A stretch of 64,000 nucleotides of DNA from Glaucostegus cemiculus (GCA_976551045.1 CDPCPM010000052.1:12586001-12650000), one strand, 5' to 3'; positions 33,288 through 46,379 are shown, numbered from the stretch's first letter. Numbers and translations: made by a program. The notes: generated by a model not told the origin, from the sequence alone.

Positions 33288-36200
33288 CTGATTGCGGGAA
33301 GAGAGAGAGAGAACGAGACAACCGGGCTGGGAGACGGTACAAAACCACGCATCAGGCTTTCTACTCACACAGTCAGACAAGAATGAAGTGACTCACTGAG
33401 AGCTCCTGGTTGAAAACTGGCCACAGTTGGCCATTTCCTAGATAGTTAAAACCAGCAAACCAAACCCTGCTTTTTACTCTTTGCCAAGTCCTGCCAGAGT
33501 TCCAACAGTAGCAGAGTAGATGCTTTGCTTCTGGCTTGCAAAACCCCTTCCTTTGTGCCCCATTTAAGCTTCAGTGTGGGGAGGGAGACAACAGTTCTTT
33601 AAGTATGGGATGTCCCAAAAGGCTATTTGATAGCTCTATCCCAACCTCCCTGTTCCTGTCCTTTGAAAGACTAATCCAATGAGTCCTCTTCACTGCTCTG
33701 TCCCCAAAGCCCATGTACTTATCTGATTCTCTTTGGAAACATTATTAAGTCTGCTTCCACCACAGTTTCAGAGAATGCATTCTGATTTGTAACAACCTGC
33801 TTTGCAAAAACATTTCCTGCTACCTCGTGATCTTTAGCTGATAGCTTTAAACCAGTGCCTTCTGGTTATTACTAGATCCACTGGGTCTTAGTGGCTGCTA
33901 AAACCAGTGATCTTCAAGGAGGTGGCCTTTCTTAGTCTCTAGGTACAATATCTCGGCTGTTGGTGACTCAGAGTGACCTTCTGCCAGAACCTGAATGCCA
34001 TCCATTAATCCTGTCACCTTCCCCCTTTCCCCAATCCCAGCCCCTCCTCACTTTCCCTTCTCATCCTACCACATCCCTGCTCCACTCCTTCCCTCAGATC
34101 TCCAGCCTCGCCTGCCATGCTCTCATCCCACCCATTTGCACACTTTCTGTATTGAGTTCTCAGCTCCACCCTGATTCATCTCTCTCTGTCACCCTTGGGC
34201 TTACCCCCCTCCCCCCCAACACACACACAGCAGCCTGTATGGAACTGGGATTCAGCATCGGGTCACAGGTCCAGTTGAAAGTAAAGGTGCAGAGTCCTTC
34301 ATGTTGCCAGACTGAGTGTCAGGAAAAGGTCAATTTAAAACAGAACTCGTTTACCAACCGATAATCCAGGATCCTTGGCTGTTTCCAGGTTCCTTCCAAC
34401 ACTTGTGAGTGATGTGACTGAACATGGGGAAGAAAACACATGCAGGAGGTGGGGTGAGGGGAGTGGATGCTAATGCAGCAAGCAGGAGAGCACGTGACAG
34501 GCATCAGGACCAGACCCCATTACTCTACCCTCTTCTGTCATTGCTTAGAGCAGAAGTTACCCTGGTGACTTGTGTTTGGAGTGTCTGAAACAACCAGACT
34601 GCCAAAGACCTTGATTCTTGACCTACGTCAATAGCAGAAATAGGGATGATAATTGGGTCCAACTTTCTATTGGAACAATGCTTCACATTTTAGCAGTTGT
34701 AACTCTTAAGTACTTTTGATTTTCACCTGCTGCATCTACTGACTGACTGCCAAATTTAAGGAAACTGCGTGGTGCTTCGGGAGCTGATTTCATAGAAATC
34801 ACACAGCAGAGAAATCCTTCCGTCTGGTCTACGCTGGTGGGTGTGGTCACATGACCCACCTTCCTGCCTCTCACCCTCTCCACATTCGTTCTACTCCTCT
34901 CTTCCTCGTGACTTTACTCAGCTTCTCCTCAAATGTATCTATATATTCATTTCAACTACTCCATGTGGTAGCAAGTTCCACATTCTCATCACTCACTGGC
35001 TGAAGAAGTTGCTCCTGAATTCCTCACTGTATTTATTTGGGAAGACCTTATATTTATGGCCCCTAGTTTTGTCTTTACCTCGACTCCATCAAACCTCTTG
35101 GCAACGTTAAAGACCTTGAACAAGGAGAACCCACCTCCTTACTCCTCCCTGCAACATTTCATTGTACCATTTATTACTACTGAGGAGCATTGTGGCTGTG
35201 CTGGCCTTTGAGGGAGCTCTCAAAGTTATCCCAAACCTCTTTTAAAAGTTATTCTCAAATTCACTTCCACTGCCTTTCAGCGAACACATTCTCCATGTTT
35301 AGTCAGCTGAGATAAAAATTCTCAACCGTCACAGGTTCCTTTGCCAGTTACATTAAACCTGTGCCCTCTGGTTTGTGGCCAGAGGTTCTCTTTAATTTAT
35401 CAAAGCTCAATTTGGTTATGAACCCCTCTTGTTGAATCTCCACAGCCTGCTCTACTGCACGGGGAAAACCCCTTTTTCTCTGGTCTCTTCATATAACTGA
35501 AGCCCCTCATTGCCTCTGCTATTTTAGTAAATCTCTACTGCAGCTCCTCCAAGGTCTATACCAAGGTCTCTAAAGCAGGCTGCCCTGAACTGGACACCAT
35601 ACTGTAGCTGATGGCTGGTCCTCAGGGTGTCACTGCACATCAGTAGGGGTACTGAGTCTAATTAAAACACCTTGGTTATGATGTTTGAGGCCAGCCAGCC
35701 CTCTCAGGACAACGGTCACAAGCAGGATGTCTGTCGGCTTCAGTGTCCCTTTGTGATCATGACCCCTGCTACACTGTGGGAGAACGACTTCAGTTCTAGA
35801 TGGAACAGGTACCTTGTAATCTCAAAGGGGAACTGCTTGGAGCCACAGCTCAAAGGGGGTTCCAGTGGAGGGGTGGGGGCGGCCCCGAAGATCTTCCACA
35901 CCTGTCCCACCACCCCTGGCCAATGTACTGACAACTGTCCAGAGTCAGCAATGCAACGGGTAAAGCAGCAGGTGGGTGGGTGAAGTTGCCGAGACTCATT
36001 GCCAAAGCTCAGAGGGTGAGGGGGCCGTGGGATCTGCAGGCAGGTAGACACTCCATCATAGCACAGTAAGGTCAGGGACGAAACAGGGAGAGACTGGGGG
36101 AGGAGCAGAGGAAGATCAGGACTGTTGACAAGTAGCTGCTCAGACTGTGTGTCACCCAGTCACCACCAGCAAATGATGGTTGAATTTTACCCCCTTTCAG

Positions 36201-36309
36201 GGACATTGACAAACAAACATAAAGGGCACCCGAGTCAATGGGCAGAACTGTTGGAAAGGAATAAGCTTCCAACTCACTGACTCTTGCTGGGCTACAAGTT
36301 TTACAAACA

Positions 36310-36862
36310 CTGACCCTCACTGTGGTATGGGTCCCACACACTGACCCTCACTGTGGTATGGGTCCCACACACTGACCCTCACTGGGGGACGGGTCTCACG
36401 CACACTGACCCTCACTGGGGGGCGGGTCCCACGCACACTGACCCTCAATGGGGGGTGGGTCCCACACACACACTGACCCTCATTGGGGGACGGATCCCAT
36501 TTATCCCATTTTTTTGGGGGGGATGGGTCCCACAGAAACTGACCCTCACTGGGGGAATGGCTCCCACACACCAACCCTCACCGGGGGATGGGTCCCACAG
36601 AAACTAACCCTCAGTGGGGGGACGGGTTCCACACACACTGATTCTCACTGGGGGATGGGTCCCACACACACACTGATCCTCACTGGGGGACGGTCCCACA
36701 CACATACTGACCCTCAGTGGGGGACGGTCCCACACACACACTGACCCTCACTGGGGGACGGGTCCCACACACACACACTGACCCTCACTGGGGGACGGGT
36801 CCCACACACACACACTGACCCTCACTGGGGGATGGGTCCCACACACACACTGACCCTCACTG
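36310..36862 (-). repeat. Minisatellite of the same family as 21360-22385, in the opposite orientation
   Basis: ACACACACTGACCCTCACTGGGGGACGGGTCCC is the reverse complement of the 21-kb unit. Confidence 0.95.
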
Positions 36863-37056
36863 GATACATGTTATACTAACACTGGGTGTTGTTTGTGCAG
36901 TGTTCAGGTAGAAATAACCAACCTTAGCTTGTCTGAGTAACTTTGTAAATGTGACTGAGTTGCATAAAGCGAGTGTGACAGTACCAAACAGTCAGATAGG
37001 AAAGATCCAGCCTGAGCCAGCCACGGAGGAAGATGCAGTGCAGTCTAACCACTTAC

Positions 37057-37125
37057 CAGGGCACCTCGCTTGTACTGACTATACCATGCACCAGGCTGCT
37101 CTTTCGGCCAGCGAGCCATTTTGCT
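37057..37125 (-). CDS. COL5A1: COL5A1 alternative exon 64B, 69 nt, SKMARWPKEQPGAWYSQYKRGAL
   Basis: Translated by hand (not in the ORF track); TTTTACAG acceptor, GTAAGT donor, same length and phase as 64A and clearly paralogous to it. Confidence 0.93.
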
Positions 37126-37177
37126 CTGTAAAATACGAGACTGGTTATAGAGCAGAAAGGAAGCAATGCCCGCTTAC

Positions 37178-37246
37178 CAGTTTACCACGCTTGAATTCAC
37201 TGAACCAGGAGCCTGGTATTTCCTTGGGCCAAGAAGTGACTCTTGC
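37178..37246 (-). CDS. COL5A1: COL5A1 alternative exon 64A, 69 nt, [23 protein letters not shown]
   Basis: CAG/GTAAGC boundaries; matches the canonical alpha1(V) exon. Confidence 0.96.
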
Positions 37247-37779
37247 CTGACGTGAGATGAGATAGCAAAGGAAAAAAGGAAAATAAGTTAATGTGGAAAC
37301 TAACAGTCTGAGGAATCTTGGTGAGCACAAGGACACGGTAACTCGCCAGAGATCTTAAACAGTGGCACAGCTTAGCTGCTGACTCTTCTGCTTCTATCCA
37401 GAGTACAGACATCATGGCCATGGCCTCTCATGAGGAAAGTGGTTCCATGCGCCCTGACTCTGATTGAGTAACGGGTTCCCTCGGCACTGACCCTCACTGG
37501 GAACAGGCTCCACAGACATTTGTTATCACAGGGCTTCATGACACCAACAGTCCCTGGGATGAAGAAAGGCAGAGCTGGAAATAATGAGCGGGTCAGGCAG
37601 CATGCACGGATACTGAGACCCACTGAGCGTTTTCAGCATTCCCTGCATTTGTTTCAGATTTCCGGAGACTAAAGTTCCTTCAATGCCTGTCCCTGGGGTT
37701 TGGAGCTCCTGCCTCTCACTGGGGTACGGGTTAGCTACAGGCATCAGCCCGAGTGAGCGAGGGAGGGAGTGTTAATATA

Positions 37780-38010
37780 CAGCATGGAAACAGGCCCTTC
37801 AGTCCACCAGGTCTGCCAACTACCTACTACCATTTACATCAATCCTATTTTATTCTTCCCACATTCCCATCAGCTCCCCCACACTCTACCACTCACCTAC
37901 ACACTTGGGGCAGCTTACAGCAGCCAATTAACCTACCAGTACGCATGTTTGGGATGTGGGAGGAAACCAGAGCACCCGGGAGAAACCCACAGACAGGGAG
38001 GACGTGCACA
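37780..38010 (-). mobile_element. HE1-like SINE fragment
   Basis: GGGATGTGGGAGGAAACCAGAGCACCCGGGAGAAACCCAC (V core, reversed) and a CR1-like tail. Confidence 0.7.
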
Positions 38011-38859
38011 CTCCAATCAGCTGGCTATCAAACTGTGGAAGGCTTGTCAGTTGAGCCCTGTGCTCAGCTAGTATTCACTCAGTGCTTCCAGTTGGGATGT
38101 GTGGAGAGTGATCAGGATTCCCAGACTCTTGTTTGCTTTTCCCACTTTCACTCTGTCTTCAGGTGCCTGATTGAGAATGGCCCTGTCAGCACAGAGCACC
38201 AGTTCCTCAGTAGGTGGTGGGGGAAGGATTCGGTAAGTTTTAATCTCCATAGAGAGTACTGTGGATGTAAAACAATGGTGCCCCTTTGGAGCTGTCACTC
38301 AAAGCCCTATTTCACCCCAAATGAATGTTTACAGTTCTCCCCAGTGCCAGACCACCGGGTTCTCAATTATCCATTAAAACACCGGCATGGCAGTATTCCC
38401 ACTGATGGAGTGTCCAGCATACTTGACATCTTCTCCCACTCCTCTTCCCACGGCAACACTTGGTGATCTTGCCTGTGTAGGTTTACCCTCTCCCTGCCCT
38501 GGAGGAGCTCCTGAACCTGTTGGGCAGCAACTCTACTGCCATTTACAAGGAAAAGAATGGGGGGGTCTGGTGTGAGGACAGTGATGAAGGTTACTGCATT
38601 TTTATGGGTTTGTGATAGGCCTTTTATGGGACTGCACTCAGTCAAATTCAAAGTACAGGAAACGCAGCACCTTGTGCACAGCCAGATTCCACAGTCTGAT
38701 GTGTGAATGAACACATATTCTCATCATTTTATCTGAGAGATGAATATTGCCTCAGATACCAGGTGAACTCAAAAACAAAAAAAAATACTGGAAAACACGC
38801 AGTAGGTCAGGCAGCATCAGAATGCTCTGTGGCACCATGAAAGAGGAATCTCCTTTGAC

Positions 38860-39900
38860 TGCAGGTGCCATTGCTTGACTGGGTAGTGCCCTTTTATTGC
38901 TGTAACACTGTGATTGTAGCTGTTGCCTGGTGACTGCAGGCATAGTCCCTGATTGTAGCTGTCGTGTTTTGACAGAATGACGTATTATTCTGTGTCTGCA
39001 GTTACTGCCCAGTGATTGTGGATATTCATCTCTGATCACAGACTTTTGTGCCTGTGGGCTTTGTTCTTTGATCATGTCACTCTGTGCCTGTTGGTATTGT
39101 ACAGTGACTGACAATGTTCAGTGTCAGTAGATGCTTTGAATGTCATGGCTGTTATGGGTGTTATTTTGTCTGTAAATGTCAATTGGTGAATGTAGCTGTT
39201 GTTTAATTCCTGTAGGGGTTGTTCTTTGATTGTAGATGTAGTTGTGTGACTGTAGGCATTAATCTACAGGTGTTTACTGTGACTGTAGATATAGTGTGAC
39301 TGTAGGTGCTAATCTACAGGTGTTTACTGTGACTGTAAATATAGTGTGACTAGGTGTTAATATACAGGTGTTTACTGTGACTGCAGATGTAGTTGTGTGC
39401 CTGTAGGTGTTAATCTACAGGTGTTTACTGTAGATGTAGAAAAACTTATAAATGCAGAATAATCTACATTTACTGAGCAACACCTTTAGTCACAAAATAA
39501 CATCCACCATTATTGGACAACACACAAAATCACAGGACAGCAACTATAGACACAAAAGAATATGATGTTTAAAAAGCTCAGCTACAGTTAAAGAGCAATG
39601 CCTCCAGTCACAGGACAACAATTATAATCAACAGTGCAACACTGAGAGAGACCACTGCCTACAGTAACAGAATACATCCATCCTTTTGAGTGTTAAGGCT
39701 TCAGCATCTATGTTATTCTACAACTGTAGATATTGGTCATTGAGTACAAGTGTTATTCTGTGACTTTGGATGCTGTTCTTCTGATTGTAGATTTATTTTC
39801 CGTGATATTAGGTGTTCTGTGCCAAGGAGTGTTACTTTCTGTCAGTAGTGTTGTTCTTTGATTGAGGATGTTGCTTTGAGACTAACAGTGTTACTGAACA
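38860..39900. repeat. Degenerate CTGTGACTGTAG satellite with a younger 50-bp repeat (39245-39435)
   Basis: Recurrent TGTGACTGTAG(G/A)TGTT units. Confidence 0.75.
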
Positions 39901-40308
39901 GTCATTGTTGAGGTCTGCCTGGGGAACTTTTCCATGGCTTTTATTGAATGGCAATTGATCGATGGACTTGTCTACGTTGTGTTCCACGAGAAGTTCCTAA
40001 ACTGGAGGATTCCTAGGTTCAATTTTTGAATGGACCATCCAAATGTAGAACTTTCTTTATGAACTATATGGTCACTAAGAAACTGTGTGAAATTTGTTTC
40101 CTTTGACTCTAACAAGATTGAAAATGTGGGCAGTTCTGTTACACATGACAGAACAGCCCCAGTACTGACATAATCAGTCAGCCAATCAAAATCTATCCTG
40201 TATATCACATTGTTTTAATTCTTCTAATGTTGCATCAATATGGATTAAATGCACTTCAACCACAGTAATATTTTTTGTAAACTGGCAAGAGATTTGACAA
40301 AGACTTAC

Positions 40309-40421
40309 TCCTTCTGATTTCTTGTCCGGGAAGATGCAGGTTTCACCTCCAGATGTGAAGTTACAGAGGACCTTGAACGAGTCCCTGGAGCAGCCTTGGT
40401 TTGGATCAATCCAGTATTCAC
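40309..40421 (-). CDS. COL5A1: COL5A1 C-propeptide exon (~63), 113 nt
   Basis: (G)[37 protein letters not shown]; phase matches the previous exon. Confidence 0.97.
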
Positions 40422-41974
40422 CTGCCAGGAAGATAAGAAAGAAACATGCAGGTTGGAAGGACTCACCACTCTGCTGGTGGAACCAGTGCAATGATAAAGG
40501 AAAGTACTGCCTCATTATCCTCAGCAATGCTTGACCCCTTTATCTTTGTTGCTATCTGATGGTCTTTGAACTCACTGTCTAATGTCCTGTTGAACCTCAC
40601 TCTGTAAAATGATTTGTTGATGTTCATCCTATTTAGTGACCTGTTGAGTCCTACTGTCTAACGGGCTATTAAACCTGCTGTAAAAGTCCAATGACCCATC
40701 AAGCTCCATAGTGTTTGGTGAACTGTTGGACACCTATGTCTTCTGACTGGTTAAATTCACTCTGAGGCCACCTCTCACCCCATCTTCATTGTCTTTTCCA
40801 GCACAAACTGTCCGTTGTCGACAGCACTCTGGTTAGAGCTCCCCGAAGGTCCAACCACATGATGCCTCCTCCATCACTCACCACCCTACGCACTCTTCCT
40901 CCTCCTGGCTTCCCCAACAAAATCTCTTCTCTTCTAAGCTTCCTACCAAAGGACTCCTCAGCTCCCCCGATTTTCCCTTCTTCTTAGGTCTATGTGACGT
41001 AAACTCTAATCTTGGAGTCACCCGATCATATATTGTGTCACACCTTCTCATGTTCTCTCTACCGCTCTGTACATGATCCTTCAGCAAGCTTTCTTTAGCT
41101 AATAGAAGGCCTGCACAAATGTTTCCTGCCTCAGGCACCTTGACTTCTCTTGGTGGGGACGGTGAGATATCCGTCCCAAGGTCACTTGTGGTGTTCTGAC
41201 TCACTCATTCAGACATAAACCCAGCAAGGGGATCAACCACTTTGAATCTGTGACACAACTATATTTTCCTCCCTTCCTGTTAATATCTTATCTGCTGTTA
41301 CACCTGATAATCCAGTTGTTGGGTTAAGCGGTGAATCTCACACCATAAAATCTATCAGTACGGGAAGGGTGCAATGTTGCTGCTGGGCTTCCAGACATCA
41401 CCAACACCTGTATTTTATGACGTAGACATGTAACTTATTGGTGGTAACGCATCGGTGGGATGAATCATCCCCCACTGGAACTGATTTAATCCAATGGCAA
41501 TCATCTGAAAATTGCATATGATACAATGGATCATCAGAGCACTGGATTGGGAGTTATTCATTCCACTCCTCAAGTCCATTCAGCTATAAAAATAAATTGA
41601 GGTCGATATCTATCTTAACTCCATCCACTTGTGTGATAGTAATGCATCATTCTCAGTTAAAATTTCCATTTGATGCCCAGCTCCAAAGGATTTTTGAGGA
41701 GGAGGGCTCCGGATTCCCGCTACCCTTTCAAGAACTGCCTCCTCTATCAGCCCTGAAAGACCTGGCTCAAATTGTAAGGTTGTTAAAACTATGGACTCGC
41801 TCATCCTGAGGAATGGGTTTTATTGGCCCTGTGGCACCATGTTTTAAACACCTCATTTGGGTCCCCTCAGAGAAGCTTTGCTATGTAAGGGAGGACCCGC
41901 CAAGGCAAACTATCCTCATCGCTGAGTCCTTCTAGTGTAATCTGGATGCCCTGGTTTCCCACATTCTCGCCTAC

Positions 41975-42233
41975 CATCAGGGAAGTCGGGGTGGCAGAGG
42001 TATAGGTCCTTGCAGGTCCGTGCAGGGTTGTTCTGAGTGCCCATGGGGTGCTTCATCTGTTCTATCTCCAGTTTCAGCGAGTTCAGGGAACCAAAGATCT
42101 CCTCCATGCCATCAGCGTAATCCAAGTAGTTCTCCGGATTCCCCTCTTCTAAAAATTGGCTGGCATCAATGGAACGTTTGGCTCTCTTTGAAGACTGGAA
42201 AGGGAGGGACTGGATGACCTCTCCAGTGGGACC
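41975..42233 (-). CDS. COL5A1: COL5A1 joining exon (~62): end of helix, C-telopeptide, furin-type site RAKR, start of C-propeptide
   Basis: [28 protein letters not shown]...[18 protein letters not shown]; 259 nt, ends in phase 1. Confidence 0.97.
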
Positions 42234-43453
42234 CTTCAGGTGAAACACAATTATTTATGTTTAGTAAACAGAATAGGAATTGGTCTGGAAATGCTTTCAT
42301 AGTGTCTGGTGTGTGATTCACAAGCTATATTCAGTAACTGAGGAACATTGACAGCAACTGTCTGTTCTTACAGATGTAGAAACACAGACCAGAAAAGAAG
42401 CTGAGATCCTCATTGGAGGAAACACCAAGAATCTTGGCCAAGGGGGTGTTATAACAAATAATAAGCAGAGAGGTGGCCTAACTTGCACTGACCCACACTG
42501 TATAGAGGGAGTGACCCACATTGTGAAGTGGCAGAGGAGTGACTCAGGTTGTAAAGAAGGGGCAAGTGGTCTATACAAAAGGGGCAAGCTCCAGTCCCAC
42601 TGTATGGCGGGAGAAGAATGACCCGTACAGTGCAGAGGGATGGGGGTGACTTGTATGGTGCAGAGGAGGAAGTATATCTCTCTACACAGGGGTCATTGGG
42701 ACACAAATCTCAGGAAACCTCCACCACACAGAATGCAGAGGGGTTGCTGTAACTCAGCTGTACAGAAACTTTACACTGTACAGGCTCTCACACTGTATTG
42801 ACACCGCACTTCACTCTACAGAGAGATATTTAACTCACTGTGTGCAGAGACCCCACTATATCCCTGTGTACAGATGGTATGCTGCGATACATTGCACTAA
42901 GAAGGCACTGTAAATCACAGTTTAGAGAACAAGCCCAGCTGCACAGGAGGACAGCATTACTTGAGGGGTCTCTATGACTCAGTCTGCAGTGGGGATGGTG
43001 TGATTTAAACTACAGAGGAGGTACTGAATGAGAAACAATGCAGAAGGGCCACTGTAACTGCCTGATCCGGGGGGGGGGGGGGCACAGAATGTTGCACCGT
43101 AGAAAGCAGTATTGTGCCTGGGGAAACTGTAATTCACAGAACTGGGCAGATGTGTAAATCACACACACTGTGGGCGCTGTAACTCTCTGTGCCAAGGCCT
43201 CTCTGTAACTCTCAATGTACAGAGAGATTGGGATACTGCTGTACTCATATATACAGAGGAAGCTCTTTAATTCACTTGATACAGAACAGACATTTTAACT
43301 CAGTGTATTGGTGGGGCTGCTATAACTCACCCGAAAAGAACAATGCTCCTTAACTCACATTGGACAGCAAGGGCACTATCCTTTTGCCCTGTCTAGTTCA
43401 GTCAACAAACTCTTAGCATTGTATAATTTCCAGTGAATAAATTGCCTACTCAC

Positions 43454-43507
43454 AGGAACACCGGGTGGTCCTGGCAATCCTGTTTCACCTTTGGGACCAG
43501 TTAAACC
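43454..43507 (-). CDS. COL5A1: COL5A1 helical exon (~61), 54 nt, GLTGPKGETGLPGPPGVP
   Basis: Gly-X-Y, TAG/GTGAGT. Confidence 0.93.
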
Positions 43508-45830
43508 CTATGGAGAAATAAATAAGGAACCATTATCTTCATATGTTGTGGCAGCTGATTCTCAGTGAACGGTACTTCAGGATGAGGCAGAAAACATAGA
43601 TGTTGAACTAAACAAATCATCTCGCAAAGGGCCAGGTACCATGCACTGAAGGCTCTCCTTTTCTGTTGTAAGTTTGTTCCATTCGAGAATTCCACAATCA
43701 GCTGCATCAAATCCTTAATCATTTTAAAAGTCAAAGTCGAGTTTATTGCCATATGCACAAGGGCACACATTGTACAGGTGCAATGAAAAACTTACTTGCA
43801 GCAGCATTACAGGCATGTAGCATCAGATAAACAGTGGTCACAAGAAAAACATAAATTAAACATAAATTATACACAATTTCACCATCTCTTGTCCTTTCAC
43901 ACACCATGTACCTTGTCTGTAATCTGCCCTCATGATTGAACCTTTGGGCTGTTTGAACACTGGAGAATCTGAGTGGTGATCCTTTACATTGAGTCCTGTC
44001 TGCCTGTTACTGCACAATGTGGAAGTGAACAGAGCACTGCTCCCCGTTCCTGACCAACATTTATCCGTGCAACACCTCTCCTGTTGGGCACTGGTAGCTG
44101 CTGCCCATGTCTGCACCACACTTCAGAGAGAACTTCTTGGCAACAAGGCAGTTTTGGACAATGGGCATGGAAAAGGCAGATTAAAACAGCCAGCTCTTTT
44201 CCTCCCGCCTTCCCGCTGAGCATAGAATCCCCTGCAGATTCAGGAATCCATCTTGTCTCCTGAATATTCCAACTTCAACTGGAAGCAGTCCTTATCCATG
44301 ACTGCAGGGTACCAGTGTTTTGAATACACATGCTGGGTGGAGGTTTGACTTCCTTAGAGCAGGAGAGAAATGTAGAGGGGTTCATGAGCACGGCGGGTCA
44401 ACATGGATTATAAAGCAGATCTCTGCTCAGGTGGAAAATCTGCACCCAGTCTCACGATTAGCCAGCACGCATTCTGAGGGCTGAGGCTGTCATCAGCAGC
44501 AAATACCAACAGCCTTCCCCTGTGTACTCACTCCCAAGTTACATCTGGCTCAGTCTGCTCTACTTTATAATTCACCCTGACCTGTTATGGCCAAGGACTG
44601 CTCCACATTCCTCTCCAGATCTAAGGAAGTCCAATCCACTTGTACTTACTGTCCACATGACGACAGATCTGAAGGAAGAAATGGCCTCATTATTGTGCAA
44701 AGATTCAGTACTCAGAAGAAACTCCACTTCCTGCTATTTAAGGTTCTAGCCATTCCTTATAAAATAACAGTGTGGAATTTGCTACCACAAACAAATCACC
44801 CATTAGCTCCTTAACACAAAACATTTTGCCATCATGTTCTTCAGTTAAGGTTCTCCATTCCCTGCCCTCCCTTACAGGGCTCCTTCAGCAGGACTGCTCC
44901 TTCAGTGAGCCAGTACAGCTACGATGGGCTGAATGCCTTTGTGTGTTACAGGACTCAAGATCCCATCAGCAAGTTATCAGGATCCAGAATGCTCCAACTG
45001 AAAAGTTGCTGGAAGCTAATTCCATACATAATTTTAAATGAGGATGGAATGTACAGGATTTCAGACAAAAATTGGGCACGGTCTGAGGGCCTCATCAGTA
45101 GACCAAGGTTAGAAGTCTTCATGTGATTACGTTATGAGTGACGGATTATTTGTGAGGGATATGACCATGGACTTGCTGCAGATGAGAAAGGATGCGAATA
45201 CCACTAAGACTGCTGACAATGATACAAAGACTACAGTGACACAGCGAGGTCAATCTTTCTAAGGATAAATCAAATCCTATTTAAGTTTCAGCTTGTCAAG
45301 AACACCCCAGATGCTGATTCTAGCTGTAAACCCAACCAGGTTCCCAAACCCAGTCGTCCCAAACCCAGTATTCCCAACCCATTTTATGGAAATCAGGATT
45401 CATTGGGCACCACAGGAGAGGGCTCTGGAGGAATGGCCTACATTTCCCAGATGTCCCCCTCATGAGTGTGCAGGACAGTGGATGTTAAGTCAGCAAATAC
45501 TGAGAAATTAGGATTTAGTGAACACAGGAATGCAGCATTGAAACAGGTCATTTGATGTTCATGCTCTGCTCAGGATGCCTCCTGACTTTCTTTTCCAACT
45601 CTATGAGGGCAACCTTTTATTCCTTTCTCCCTCATACACTTGTCCAGCTTCCCCAAGTGCATCCATAGTATTTGCTTCAAGCACTTCTTGTGGCAGTGAG
45701 TTCCACTTTCTCAACACACTTTAGATAGAGAAGTTTCTTCTGAATTCGAGCTGATTTCTTGTTAACAAGCAGCAGAGGAACTGTGAACCAACTTATCAAG
45801 TCTACAAATACTGACTAGAAATGTACTTAC

Positions 45831-45866
45831 GGTGGAGCCTTTAGACCCTTTAGGACCAGGAGGACC
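45831..45866 (-). CDS. COL5A1: COL5A1 helical exon (~60), 36 nt, GPPGPKGSKGST
   Basis: Gly-X-Y, CAG/GTAAGT; a 36-nt exon is expected at this position. Confidence 0.93.
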
Positions 45867-46379
45867 CTGTCAAAAGAAAGCAAGCCTTAGTTTATTCATT
45901 GGTCAATGCCTTTCTACAGAGTGAAAGATCGGGAACTATAAATTCAGCAAACTCTAAGAGAAATTGACAATTAACTAATTTCACACAACCCATCAGTTGG
46001 AGTAGAAACCTGTTTCCATTCAACATTTACTCAATGTAGTAAAGACTGAGGCATTTGCTTCATTGATAATTCAGTCAGACTGCATTTTTGATAGTAAGAA
46101 CAAATTGGGTTTGTTTCCTTCATTTGATTGGTTATTGTGCACCTTCAATCAGAAATCATTGGGTGACTTTCTTTAAGGAAGTTTTGTTGGTGTAACACAG
46201 TTCCAACCGGACGTCTGTCCCTCCCTCAATAACCCCACTGTAATCTGTACGCAAAACATTAGACATAGCTCACTCACTGAATAAAGGTTTGTGAGAGGTT
46301 GAATTCAATGTGCAGAATAAGAATTTAATTCACTGAATTTGAAACTTGAACTCAATCAATTGCTGTTCTTACAGAGGTA

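Noticed and set aside
37753-38466. 237-aa plus-strand ORF
   Set aside because: Starts in a reversed SINE, is intronic antisense, and shows no recognisable protein similarity.
40878-41204. 108-aa minus-strand intronic ORF near a GTGAGT donor-like site
   Set aside because: No recognisable homology or clear acceptor; exons ~62 and ~63 already join in phase.
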